The position numbers and the translations under genes are program-made. DNA of 64,000 bases, taken from NCBI GenBank assembly GCA_963744145.1, contig CAVUSO010000001.1:608001-672000 (forward strand), given 5' to 3'. The stretch is from an uncultured cyanobacterium. Lineage in GTDB: Bacteria; Cyanobacteriota; Cyanobacteriia; Cyanobacteriales; CAWUOF01. The notes beneath the pieces were generated by a model, which did no database searches, was not told the DNA's origin, and worked only from the letters and a program-made list of their open reading frames with translations. Below are positions 34,313 through 43,877 of the stretch, piece after piece (positions within the stretch are counted from its first letter, which is position 1; each line of letters begins with the position of its first letter).

Positions 34313-36991
34313 ATGAAATTGCATTTTTACTGGTGTGGGTGGTCAGTAGCTTTTTTTTGGTATTTGTTAGCGACACCTAAACCTACATTGGCCCAAAGTA
34401 TTGTTCCAGATCGGACTCTTCCAGTTAATTCCATTGTGACAAACCAAGGGAACACTAATCTGATCACTGGTGGAACTACGGCAGGTAGCAACCTATTCCA
34501 CAGTTTTACTCAATTTTCTGTTCCGACAGGCAACACTGCTTATTTTAATAATTCTGCAACTATTCAAAACATTATTACTAGAGTTACAGGTAGTTCTGGT
34601 TCCGCGATCGATGGTGTACTCAAAGCTAACGGTACTGCCAACCTATTTTTGATTAATCCGAATGGCATAGTTTTCGGTCAGGATGCCAGTTTGAGCATTG
34701 GTGGTTCATTTCTAGCCACGACCGCAAATAGTTTAAAATTTTCCGATGGGATGATATTTAGCGCCACAAATCCTCAGACTCCAGCCCTATTAAGCATCAA
34801 CGTTCCCATTGGCTTGCAGTTCGGTTCAACACCACAACCAATCTCAAATTCTTCTCAAACTATTAGCAATTATCAACAAGTAGTTGGGCTGGAAGTGCCA
34901 TCAGGCAAAACCCTAGCTCTGATTGGTGGGAACTTAACCCTAACAGGTGGAACTCTGACCGCACCAGAAGGACAAATCGAACTGGGCAGTTTATCTGGTG
35001 CTGGAACGGTTAACTTCAATCAAACAGGAGCGATCGGAAAGACTTATGTTTTTGACTATACAGGGATACAAAATTTTGGCGATATCCAACTATCCCAGGG
35101 TGCTGTAGTCGATGTGAGTGGAGATGGTGGGGGTAATATCAATGTTCAAGGAAGAAATTTGAGTCTTACCGATGGTTCTCAGATTAGGTCTAACACCTTC
35201 GGCACAAAGTTGGGAGGTAGCTTAACAGTAAACGCTTCTGATTCGGTCACCATAACTGGACAAGCTGCGGGTGCTAATCCCATTTCGAGTGCCTTATTAG
35301 CTAATGTGAACGGAAATGAAGTTAGTGGACATGGTAGCAATTTGACCATTAATACAAGACAATTACTGGTTCAAAATGCTGGATTTATATCAACCGCAAC
35401 TTCCAGTTCGGGAACAGCAGGTGACTTAACCGTAAACGCTTCTGATTCAGTGGAACTAACGGGGAATGGTGCGTTTTTGGACGGTTCGACATCTGGTAGT
35501 GGACATGGTAGCAATTTGACCATTAATACAAGACAATTACTGGTTCAAAATGCTGGATTTATATCAACCGCAACTTCCAGTTCGGGAGCAGCAGGTAACT
35601 TAACCGTAAACGCTTCTGATTCAGTGGAGCTAACGGGGGATGGTACGTCTTTGGTCGGTTCGACATATGAAGGTAGTAGTGGACATGGTAGCAATTTGAC
35701 CATTAATACAAGACAATTACTGGTTCAAAGTCCTGGATTTATATCAACCGCAACTTTTAGTTCGGGAGCAGCAGGTGACTTAACCATAAACGCTTCTGAT
35801 TCAGTGGAACTAACGGGAGATCATGCGTTTTTGATCGGTTCGACATATAAAGGTAGTGGACATGGTAGCAATTTGACCATTAACACGAAAAACTTACTGC
35901 TCCAGAATGGTGCCCAAGCAATATCTGTTGTTGAGGGTACTGGCAAAGGTGGAAATTTAATTATCAATGCTACAAATTCCGTAGAATTAATCGGTACTAC
36001 CACAACTGGAAAGGATGGTAGTGCTCTGTTTACTGCCGTTCAGAATCAGGGGTCAGGAAATAGTGGCAATGTGATAATCACCACAAAACAGTTAAGTATC
36101 CAGGATGGCGCTGGGGTCTTTAGCGGAGCTAATTCTGGTACTAGTGGTGCGGGAGGAAATACTATTGTGCGGGCTTCTGATTTTGTGAAAGTCACTGGCA
36201 CAGATATTAAACAGGGTTTGAGGAGTACATTGCATGTCGGAAGTTATGGTAGTGGATCAGCAGGCAATTTAATCATCGACACAGGAAAGTTAATCATTGA
36301 TCACGGAGCAAACATTTTTGCTGTATCTGCTAGTGTTAATGCTGGTGACATAACCATAGACGCTCAACAGTTACTTTTGCGTCACAACAGTAGTTTATCT
36401 GCTAAATCTGGTGGTGCTGGGGATGGTGGCAATATTAAACTGAACTTGCCTACAGGTACTATTACAGCCTTGGAAAATAGCGAAATTACGGCTAATGCAG
36501 ATCAAGGTTCAGGTGGTAAAATTATGATTGAAACTCAATCGGTTTTTGCTCCTCTAGTCGATAAACAAATCACCGCTGCTTCAAGTGGTGGTCTTCAAGG
36601 TCTGGTCGAGATCACAACTCTTGGTGTTGATCCGACTAACGGAATTGTTAATTTAACTCAGCAAGTTTTTGAGCCTAGCAATCAAATTGCTCAACGTTGT
36701 TCTAGAAATTTAGCTAAAACCCAAGATCAATTTGTAATTACGGGCAATGGTGGTTTACCCGAAACACCTTCTAGTATATTGATTCCCTATAAAATACTCC
36801 CGATCATGGCTGTGCATCAAGGAAGAGCGATTGATAATAAAGCACCACAACCAGCGATCGCAAATACCTGGCAGTCGGTCGATCCAATTCAAGAAGCAAC
36901 CGGATTTACCTCTACCCCAGATGGAAAAGTGACCCTCGTTGCTAAGGTAACGCAACCATCAAACTCTGATTATTCAATCTGTTTTCACTAA
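34313..36991 (+). CDS. Filamentous haemagglutinin N-terminal (TpsA-like) exoprotein
   Basis: Signal peptide, NLFHSF, NLFLINPNGI, beta-helix repeats, C-terminal C...F..TG.GGLP and EATG motifs. Confidence 0.92.
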   Translation: MKLHFYWCGWSVAFFWYLLATPKPTLAQSIVPDRTLPVNSIVTNQGNTNLITGGTTAGSNLFHSFTQFSVPTGNTAYFNNSATIQNIITRVTGSSGSAIDGVLKANGTANLFLINPNGIVFGQDASLSIGGSFLATTANSLKFSDGMIFSATNPQTPALLSINVPIGLQFGSTPQPISNSSQTISNYQQVVGLEVPSGKTLALIGGNLTLTGGTLTAPEGQIELGSLSGAGTVNFNQTGAIGKTYVFDYTGIQNFGDIQLSQGAVVDVSGDGGGNINVQGRNLSLTDGSQIRSNTFGTKLGGSLTVNASDSVTITGQAAGANPISSALLANVNGNEVSGHGSNLTINTRQLLVQNAGFISTATSSSGTAGDLTVNASDSVELTGNGAFLDGSTSGSGHGSNLTINTRQLLVQNAGFISTATSSSGAAGNLTVNASDSVELTGDGTSLVGSTYEGSSGHGSNLTINTRQLLVQSPGFISTATFSSGAAGDLTINASDSVELTGDHAFLIGSTYKGSGHGSNLTINTKNLLLQNGAQAISVVEGTGKGGNLIINATNSVELIGTTTTGKDGSALFTAVQNQGSGNSGNVIITTKQLSIQDGAGVFSGANSGTSGAGGNTIVRASDFVKVTGTDIKQGLRSTLHVGSYGSGSAGNLIIDTGKLIIDHGANIFAVSASVNAGDITIDAQQLLLRHNSSLSAKSGGAGDGGNIKLNLPTGTITALENSEITANADQGSGGKIMIETQSVFAPLVDKQITAASSGGLQGLVEITTLGVDPTNGIVNLTQQVFEPSNQIAQRCSRNLAKTQDQFVITGNGGLPETPSSILIPYKILPIMAVHQGRAIDNKAPQPAIANTWQSVDPIQEATGFTSTPDGKVTLVAKVTQPSNSDYSICFH
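35323..35883 (+). repeat. ~3.2 near-identical in-frame repeats of 174-180 bp inside the haemagglutinin gene
   Basis: TAGTGGACATGGTAGCAATTTGACCATTAA starts at 35323, 35497, 35677 and 35854. Confidence 0.9.
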
Positions 36992-37043
36992 CTGGAATTT
37001 GGAATTAAGCTGAATTTCTCCTCATTTTTTCCTCTACTAGCCA

Positions 37044-39290
37044 TTAGCTTGTGGCTCCTATTACCGTATCTGTTCCCAGTAAATTATTGTCCTGATACCA
37101 GTTTCCATTACTATCTAATTGTGCAAATGCTCCTACTCCAGTAATAATATCAGCCGCACCAGATGCGAGAAGATAATTATGATTTGTGGCGTCTACAAAT
37201 GGAGCATTACCAGACCAATCATTATTGCTTTGGGAGATAGTTTCAACAGTATCGTTACCAAAATTTGTGGCAATATTACTATCCAATTGTATCCCATCCG
37301 TGTTTGAACCACCAACACCTATTATGCCATCTACGGTATTGTTATAGACATAGCGATCGCCACTGCTATTTGATAATATAAAAATCCCCTGAGCTGAAGT
37401 ATTCCACACTACATTGTGGTCAAAAACAAAGTTTTTAGTATTAATATCGGCATAAATTCCATGAGAGCCAAAGCGCTTTAAACTTAGATTATTTTCACCT
37501 AGCAAATCATGGACATAGTTATAAGCAACTTCTGCTCCCTTCCCATCTGTATTTGGATTTATGCTAATGGCACCGCTATCAGTTGCCTGAAGATGGGTAT
37601 TGTAGACATCATTGTATTTAACGTCTAATCCTGAATCAACCATTATGCCATTGTAGCCACTGTTAAAGACGGTATTTTGAATAAACTGGTTTTTATCAGC
37701 ACCACCTGGATTAGTATGATTACCAGAGATCGCACCCTGATCGACACCTCCATCATAATCAACGTTGGAAATTATGTTGTTATAAATCAATGTCTTTTTA
37801 GCACCATCTAAAAAGAACATACTACCGGAACTACCATTAAACTGGCTATTGGTGAATTGATTTCCAGTTCCTTGAATATCAATTGTTCTAGGAGTCCGAG
37901 CGGTATCAAGAGCAATAGCATTATCCATGCTGTGGCCAATGTAACTGGCATTAACATGATCAATGATGTTATTGTTGCTATTGCTATCAAATTCAAAAGT
38001 GCCAGCTACAAAATTTATTCCTTTGATGGTGATATTTGACCGACCATTCAAAACAAACCAATAATCACGCGCTTTTGCTTCGACTTGCTGGGTATTAGGA
38101 TCGCTACCGTTGGGACTCCAAAAATATAAGTTATTGTTATTTGGATCTTTGAAATATTCTCCAGGAGCATCTAATGCTTGATATTTACCCCACAGATAGA
38201 AATAGTCGTGACTACCAGGCGTATTAGCAGCTTGACTCAGCGTCCCACTTGGTAAACTAAAATCTACCTCATCGGGATTAGAATTGGTAACGTTGCCTGT
38301 AAAATTATTCCACAGATAACCTGGAGCAAAAGTAATTTTACCTCCTTGCCAATTTCCTCCGGCATTCGCTAACGCGCTATCAGTATACCATCCGGCTGTA
38401 TCACTAATGTTACCACCTGTATCACTTACAGCTTTATCGCTATTAGTAAGATTAGTCACTTGATCAATAGAAATATTGGGCCAACGAGCTTCGCTCATCA
38501 TTTGTCCATTATCAATCACTTGATTTTGGCCCAAACCTAAATCCCAATTTTGGTTAGCAACATAAATTTCTTTTCCTCCACTTAGATCATAGGGAACCCA
38601 TCCAGTCACTAAATCGGCACCTGTTACTGTTACTTGTTCGTTGTTATAATTCGTGTAAGTTACGTTATTGTTACCAGGAGTGACTGTTTCGCGATAAGTT
38701 CCACCACGAATGAAAACAGTAGATCCGCTAGGTGCTACACTAGCTGCTTCCTGAATAGTTTTAAAGGCTGTTTGCAAAGTTTCACCATTATTTTGGTCAT
38801 TACCGTTGGTTGCATCTACAAAGTATTGAAAATTATTGGGCGTACTATTAACTTGAGGTGAACTGTAGGGAGTATTTATGTAACCGGGGGCACTCGGTGT
38901 GGGGACTGGACTCGGTGTGGGGACTGGACTCGGTGTGGGGACTGGACTCGGTGTGGGGACTGGACTCGGTGTGGAAATACACATACCAGTAATTGGGTCA
39001 GTAGTCGTACAAGTGGTGCTACCTGGAACTGTTGTTACTACCTGTGAAGTTGAGTTGATGGATAATATCCCAGCAGGCAAACTAGCAAATAGCGAATCGT
39101 TAGTAAGAGCATTATTAACATTTTGTAATAAATTCTGGAAGTCCGCATAGTCAACCATAGTTTGACTATTGGTTTGATTCAACGGAGCTAAGGAATTTGA
39201 GCAACTTGACGAAGATACAATTACACTTGTTGCCAGTGTGTGATTATTGTTATGACCTACAGATGGGATTAAATCAGTATTTACCGTCAT
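37044..39290 (-). CDS. Right-handed parallel beta-helix protein (DUF1565-like N-terminus, possibly carbohydrate-active) with Pro/Thr linker
   Basis: YFVDATNGND.N.G....FKTIQ.A, GGTYRE, ARWPN, YN.VHD/HNVVWN beta-helix repeats. Confidence 0.7.
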   Translation of the reverse strand: MTVNTDLIPSVGHNNNHTLATSVIVSSSSCSNSLAPLNQTNSQTMVDYADFQNLLQNVNNALTNDSLFASLPAGILSINSTSQVVTTVPGSTTCTTTDPITGMCISTPSPVPTPSPVPTPSPVPTPSPVPTPSAPGYINTPYSSPQVNSTPNNFQYFVDATNGNDQNNGETLQTAFKTIQEAASVAPSGSTVFIRGGTYRETVTPGNNNVTYTNYNNEQVTVTGADLVTGWVPYDLSGGKEIYVANQNWDLGLGQNQVIDNGQMMSEARWPNISIDQVTNLTNSDKAVSDTGGNISDTAGWYTDSALANAGGNWQGGKITFAPGYLWNNFTGNVTNSNPDEVDFSLPSGTLSQAANTPGSHDYFYLWGKYQALDAPGEYFKDPNNNNLYFWSPNGSDPNTQQVEAKARDYWFVLNGRSNITIKGINFVAGTFEFDSNSNNNIIDHVNASYIGHSMDNAIALDTARTPRTIDIQGTGNQFTNSQFNGSSGSMFFLDGAKKTLIYNNIISNVDYDGGVDQGAISGNHTNPGGADKNQFIQNTVFNSGYNGIMVDSGLDVKYNDVYNTHLQATDSGAISINPNTDGKGAEVAYNYVHDLLGENNLSLKRFGSHGIYADINTKNFVFDHNVVWNTSAQGIFILSNSSGDRYVYNNTVDGIIGVGGSNTDGIQLDSNIATNFGNDTVETISQSNNDWSGNAPFVDATNHNYLLASGAADIITGVGAFAQLDSNGNWYQDNNLLGTDTVIGATS
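38892..38974 (-). repeat. 18-bp tandem repeat x4.6 coding PVPTPS
   Basis: ACTCGGTGTGGGGACTGG perfect copies. Confidence 0.95.
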
Positions 39291-39414
39291 TGTCCTTCCG
39301 GATTTATTAACATAACGTCACACTTAGTATAAGGTAATACTTAATATAACTCCATAAATCACTAAGAATTTTCAGCATCGAGGAAAAATGTAATCATTGC
39401 TGGTCAAAATTTGT

Positions 39415-39930
39415 TCACTTGTCCAGGTGGGAAACATAGCTGTGGATATTTTCTAACTCAAATTGACGTAAAAGTTTTGTCGCTTGGTAAGTCAAAGCTT
39501 CGGAACCTTTGACAACGATTAGATATTTGCCAGCATTGAGACGATCGCGATAGGGTAAAGATTCAGCTCGGTTAAAGATCAAACTAACATCACCACCCAC
39601 AAATATACTACCCATGGCTCCAGCGATCGCACCAAGGACACCACCAAGTAAATGATTACCCCATTCACCAGCCCAAGCAAAAGTATCTAATTTAGTAATC
39701 AGACTAAAAGTACAGCCCGCTGCAAACCCAAACGGGACTAACCAAGTGGCCATGAATTTAGCTCTTTGACCAGCTTGGGCAAATGGGTCTACTAGACCAT
39801 ATTCATCAATATTTTGATAACCTTGACCGAGAATCGTAATTTGATTGATCGGTAGACCGGCTTGTGCCAGAGTAGAATAGACAGATTCAGCTAACAGGCG
39901 ATCGCGAAGCACAGCAACTAGATAATTCAT
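39415..39930 (-). CDS. Conserved cyanobacterial membrane protein
   Basis: MNYLVAVL, WLVPFGF.AG, YR.RL.AGKYLIVV. Confidence 0.7.
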   Translation of the reverse strand: MNYLVAVLRDRLLAESVYSTLAQAGLPINQITILGQGYQNIDEYGLVDPFAQAGQRAKFMATWLVPFGFAAGCTFSLITKLDTFAWAGEWGNHLLGGVLGAIAGAMGSIFVGGDVSLIFNRAESLPYRDRLNAGKYLIVVKGSEALTYQATKLLRQFELENIHSYVSHLDK

Positions 39931-40114
39931 AACTCATCAATGGTAAAATCAACAGGGGTATCAAGTCTGGGATCTGGGGAATTGACAGAGAACCAACCAT
40001 AATTGATGCCCAGATTCTCAATCCTCCAAGAGGTGATCATATTTAATCCTTTCTTTTTAAAGCACTCATGTTAGGGAATATATACTGTTTCTTGGTTTAA
40101 ATGAGCTAATAATC

Positions 40115-41695
40115 ATGTCAAAAGTTCTCGTCTCTGATCCAATTGACCAAGCTGGCATAGATATACTGTCCCAAGTTGCCCAAGTTGATGTCAAACTAGA
40201 GCTAACTCCGGCAGAACTGATTCGGATTATGCCAGAATATGACGCGCTGATGATCCGCTCTGGAACTCGCGTCACTAAAGAAATCATCGAAGCTGGGACT
40301 CAATTAAAAATTATTGGACGCGCTGGGGTAGGTGTCGATAATGTTGATGTACCTAGTGCAACTCGCAAAGGAATTATCGTTGTTAATTCTCCAGAAGGCA
40401 ATACTATTGCTGCGGCTGAACATGCGCTCGCGATGATGTTATCCCTGTCTCGTCATATTCCAGCAGCAGATCAATCAGTTAAAAAGGGTAAATGGGAACG
40501 TCAGCGTTTTACCGGAGTCCAAATCTACAAAAAAACCCTAGGAATTGTCGGACTAGGAAAAATTGGTTCCCATGTGGCTACTGTAGCCCGGGCCATGGGG
40601 ATGAAACTCCTAGCTTATGATCCTTTTATTTCCAGCGAGAGAGCCGAACAACTGGGTTGTCGTTTAGTGGAAATGGATTTACTCCTACGGGAAGCTGACT
40701 ATATCACTCTGCACATTCCCAAAACACCAGAAAGCGCCCATTTAATTAATGCAGAAGCTTTAGCGAAAATGAAACCAACAGCCAGGATTATTAACTGTGC
40801 TAGGGGCGGAATTATTGATGAAGCAGCTTTAGCGACAGCATTACAAACAGGGCAAATTGCTGGTGCAGCTTTAGATGTTTACGAAAAAGAACCACTGGGA
40901 GAATCGCCCCTTCTCAATTTTGAGAAAGAGATCGTGCTTACCCCACATCTGGGTGCTTCGACCACCGAAGCCCAAATTAATGTTTCCATTGATGTAGCTG
41001 AACAGATTCGAGATGTATTGTTGGGATTACCTGCTCGCTCCGCAGTTAATATTCCTGGACTCAATCCTGATGCTTTGGAAAAACTCAGACCATACTTGAG
41101 ATTAGCAGAAACTCTGGGCAATTTAGTTGGTCAACTAGCTGGTGGCAGAATTGATCTACTAAATGTGCAAATGCAAGGAGATTTAGCGAATAATGAAAGC
41201 CAACCAGTAGTAGTGGCATCATTAAAAGGATTACTTTCTCAAGCCTTGCGAGAGCGCGTTAATTATGTTAATGCCACGATCGAAGCAAAAGAGCGGGGAA
41301 TTCGTGTCATTGAAACCCGAGATGCTTCTATTCGAGATTATGCGGGATCGCTACATTTAAAAGCCAAAGGTTCATTAGGTGAACATTCGGTCACAGGTGC
41401 TTTATTAGGAGATGGAGAAATTCGGATCACCGATATTGATGAATTTCCGATCAATGTTCCTCCTACTAATCAGATGCTGTTTACCCTCCATCGAGATATG
41501 CCCGGATTAATTGGCAAGATCGGCTCTTTTTTGGGCGGTTTTAATGTCAATATCGCCAGTATGCAGGTCGGACGTAAAATCGTGCGTGGGGATGCAGTGA
41601 TGGTGTTAAGTCTTGATGATCCTTTACCAGAAGGTGTCCTGGATGAAATTCGGAAAGTTCCAGGCATTCGGGATGCTTACACAGTGGTACTTTAA
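40115..41695 (+). CDS. serA: D-3-phosphoglycerate dehydrogenase
   Basis: GRAGVGVDN, GLGKIG, TPHLGAST, C-terminal ACT domain. Confidence 0.98.
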   Translation: MSKVLVSDPIDQAGIDILSQVAQVDVKLELTPAELIRIMPEYDALMIRSGTRVTKEIIEAGTQLKIIGRAGVGVDNVDVPSATRKGIIVVNSPEGNTIAAAEHALAMMLSLSRHIPAADQSVKKGKWERQRFTGVQIYKKTLGIVGLGKIGSHVATVARAMGMKLLAYDPFISSERAEQLGCRLVEMDLLLREADYITLHIPKTPESAHLINAEALAKMKPTARIINCARGGIIDEAALATALQTGQIAGAALDVYEKEPLGESPLLNFEKEIVLTPHLGASTTEAQINVSIDVAEQIRDVLLGLPARSAVNIPGLNPDALEKLRPYLRLAETLGNLVGQLAGGRIDLLNVQMQGDLANNESQPVVVASLKGLLSQALRERVNYVNATIEAKERGIRVIETRDASIRDYAGSLHLKAKGSLGEHSVTGALLGDGEIRITDIDEFPINVPPTNQMLFTLHRDMPGLIGKIGSFLGGFNVNIASMQVGRKIVRGDAVMVLSLDDPLPEGVLDEIRKVPGIRDAYTVVL

Positions 41696-41892
41696 TTTAA
41701 GTTGCAGCCAAGGATAATCAACAGTCAGCAGCGAATCGGAAAAAATAAGAGTGACTCAGGAGCAATCCTGGCAAAAACTAGATTTTTCCTGCTTGGGCTT
41801 TTCACACCTTATTTTTCGCCTTCGCTGTCTGCTATTAATTTTATCTTCGGATGATAGCAGAGCAATTTTATTATCTACTTTGAGCATTTTGA

Positions 41893-42786
41893 ATGGCATA
41901 TAGCTGGTGGGAAATTTCAATTCTCTGCGATCCAGCTCTAGAGGATTTAATCTTCTGGCGGCTTGATAAGTTTGGCGCTAAAGGTACTTCTAGTCAAATT
42001 AGAGGTAATTCCTGCTTGATCTGTGCCTATTTACCCCAAGAACAAGCTCAATTGCTGGACTTGGCTGCTTTGTCTTTGTGGCTCTATCAAGATGCGTTAA
42101 TTGCGGGTCAGTCCATCCCCGGGATGCAATGGAATTTAATTGATGAAGAAGATTGGGCTAGTAGTTGGAAAAAATATTGGTATCCCCAAAACATTGGCGA
42201 TCGCTTGTTAATTTGTCCTTCCTGGCTATCTGTACCAGCGGATTCTGATCGGTTAGTGATGCGTTTAGATCCAGGTGTGGCTTTTGGGACTGGTACTCAT
42301 GCGACCACTCAGCTTTGTTTAGAAGCATTAGAAATGCGTCTAGGTTTTGAGGAGACTACAGCAATAATTGCTGATATTGGCTGCGGATCGGGTATTTTAT
42401 CCATCGGTGCGGTTTTATTAGGCGCACAAAAGGTTTATGCGATCGATACTGATCCCTTAGCTGTCAGATCAACCATCAGTAATCGCGATGTGAATCAGGT
42501 CAGTAAAGAGCGTTTACTAGTTGGGCTGGGTAGCATCGAGAGCTTGATCCCAATGGTAGATCAACCTCTTGATGGGATCGTTTGTAATATTTTAGCTGAA
42601 GTAATTATTGACTTAATTCCCCAGATGGATGCTTTAGTTAAGCCTAGCACTTGGGGAATCATCAGCGGTGTTTTGTTAGAACAAGCCAAACCTGTAGCTG
42701 ACACTTTAGAACAACATGGTTGGATCGTCGCTACCCTCTGGCGCAGACAAGACTGGTGCTGTTTTAATATTCGACGATCTAATTAG
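41893..42786 (+). CDS. prmA: Ribosomal protein L11 methyltransferase
   Basis: [27 protein letters not shown]. Confidence 0.96.
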   Translation: MAYSWWEISILCDPALEDLIFWRLDKFGAKGTSSQIRGNSCLICAYLPQEQAQLLDLAALSLWLYQDALIAGQSIPGMQWNLIDEEDWASSWKKYWYPQNIGDRLLICPSWLSVPADSDRLVMRLDPGVAFGTGTHATTQLCLEALEMRLGFEETTAIIADIGCGSGILSIGAVLLGAQKVYAIDTDPLAVRSTISNRDVNQVSKERLLVGLGSIESLIPMVDQPLDGIVCNILAEVIIDLIPQMDALVKPSTWGIISGVLLEQAKPVADTLEQHGWIVATLWRRQDWCCFNIRRSN

Positions 42787-42792
42787 GGCCTG

Positions 42793-43218
42793 TCAATCAT
42801 CATCAGGGCGATTTTGGTTGGACTGATTAACATCGCCCGGACTTTTTTCCATCCAAACGATCTGACGTTGACTCGGATCAACCCGATCGCTTTGTTCTTG
42901 CATAATAGTTGGTGTTTGCTGAGGATCGAATAAACGACTAAATTCAGCTTGTAAACGATTAACGCGTCCTTCAGTGATTTTTACTTCTGCACGGATTTCT
43001 CGCAACTTTTCCTGTACTGATAAGTAATGAGGCAGATATTGTCCCAATGCCGAAATAGCTGCCCCTGATAAGACCAGATTCACCGTCAGCTTAGTCATAG
43101 TTTCCACCGCTAGAGCGAGACTGGGCTGACGTTGATGACGCTTTTTGTGACGGGGAGTAACTCGTTGTCTGGGTTGAGTTGGGGACAGCGAAGGGGTTAA
43201 GGGTTGAATTGCGTTCAT
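42793..43218 (-). CDS. Conserved cyanobacterial single-TM coiled-coil protein
   Basis: MNAIQP start, KL.VNLVLS..AI.AL, F.R.FDPQQ...MQEQS; ORF track extends to 43347. Confidence 0.65.
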   Translation of the reverse strand: MNAIQPLTPSLSPTQPRQRVTPRHKKRHQRQPSLALAVETMTKLTVNLVLSGAAISALGQYLPHYLSVQEKLREIRAEVKITEGRVNRLQAEFSRLFDPQQTPTIMQEQSDRVDPSQRQIVWMEKSPGDVNQSNQNRPDDD

Positions 43219-43504
43219 GAAAAAGCCGTTAGTGAGTTCGACAATGCCTGTTGGGAAAGCATAGCTGTCTGTATGGCTGTTTGATTTAAAAGACGAGAAT
43301 ACCTGACTTCTACAAAAATCAATTAAACCGATCCGGAAGTTAAACATAGTTTATTCCGGGAATTATTGGTTTGTCGCTCTTTAATTTACCATTGTTGGTC
43401 TGCTGTAACAGCAAGAGTACATTAGCCTGATCTGTCTAGAAAAGATAGATGGCCAAAATTGCACTCTTGCTGAATCGGGTAGAGGTGAGCTAGATCAGGG
43501 GATC

Positions 43505-43600
43505 TTACTTGTATAGTTCTGTAGCTAGCCGGAAAGCTAAGATTCCAGGAATCAGTGCTATGACTAAAGCCACAAAAACTTGAGTATCAGATAAAGACAT
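43505..43600 (-). CDS. psaM: Photosystem I reaction centre subunit XII
   Basis: Manual translation [40 protein letters not shown] upstream. Confidence 0.97.
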   Translation of the reverse strand: MSLSDTQVFVALVIALIPGILAFRLATELYK

Positions 43601-43672
43601 GGTAGAAAAACTCCTCTCTTATCAGGGGTAATCGTTCACCAATTTCGTCTAAATTGGTTTTTTTGGGAATAC

Positions 43673-43690
43673 CTTGTAACAAGATGCAAC
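43673..43690 (-). promoter_or_regulatory. Possible HLR1 (RpaB) site upstream of psaM
   Basis: Minus strand GTTGCATC-TT-GTTACAAG, 10-bp period, imperfect match to the HLR1 repeat. Confidence 0.35.
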
Positions 43691-43877
43691 AGAAAGGGGA
43701 CAAAATTCAACTCCCCACCAAAAATTACTTGCCTGATGAGCAGGAGTTTTTATGTGGGTGATCGCAGAAAGGTAACATAAAAATGTTACCCTAGGTTAAG
43801 GTTGGTAACTGCCGCAAGGCCAGAAATAATTTGCTCACTCCTGTTTTATTGAAGATGATTAGGCTCAAACACAGTTA

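Noticed and set aside
43700-43877. yybP-ykoY manganese riboswitch upstream of the TerC gene
   Set aside because: Conserved riboswitch motifs could not be identified by eye; an Rfam search is needed
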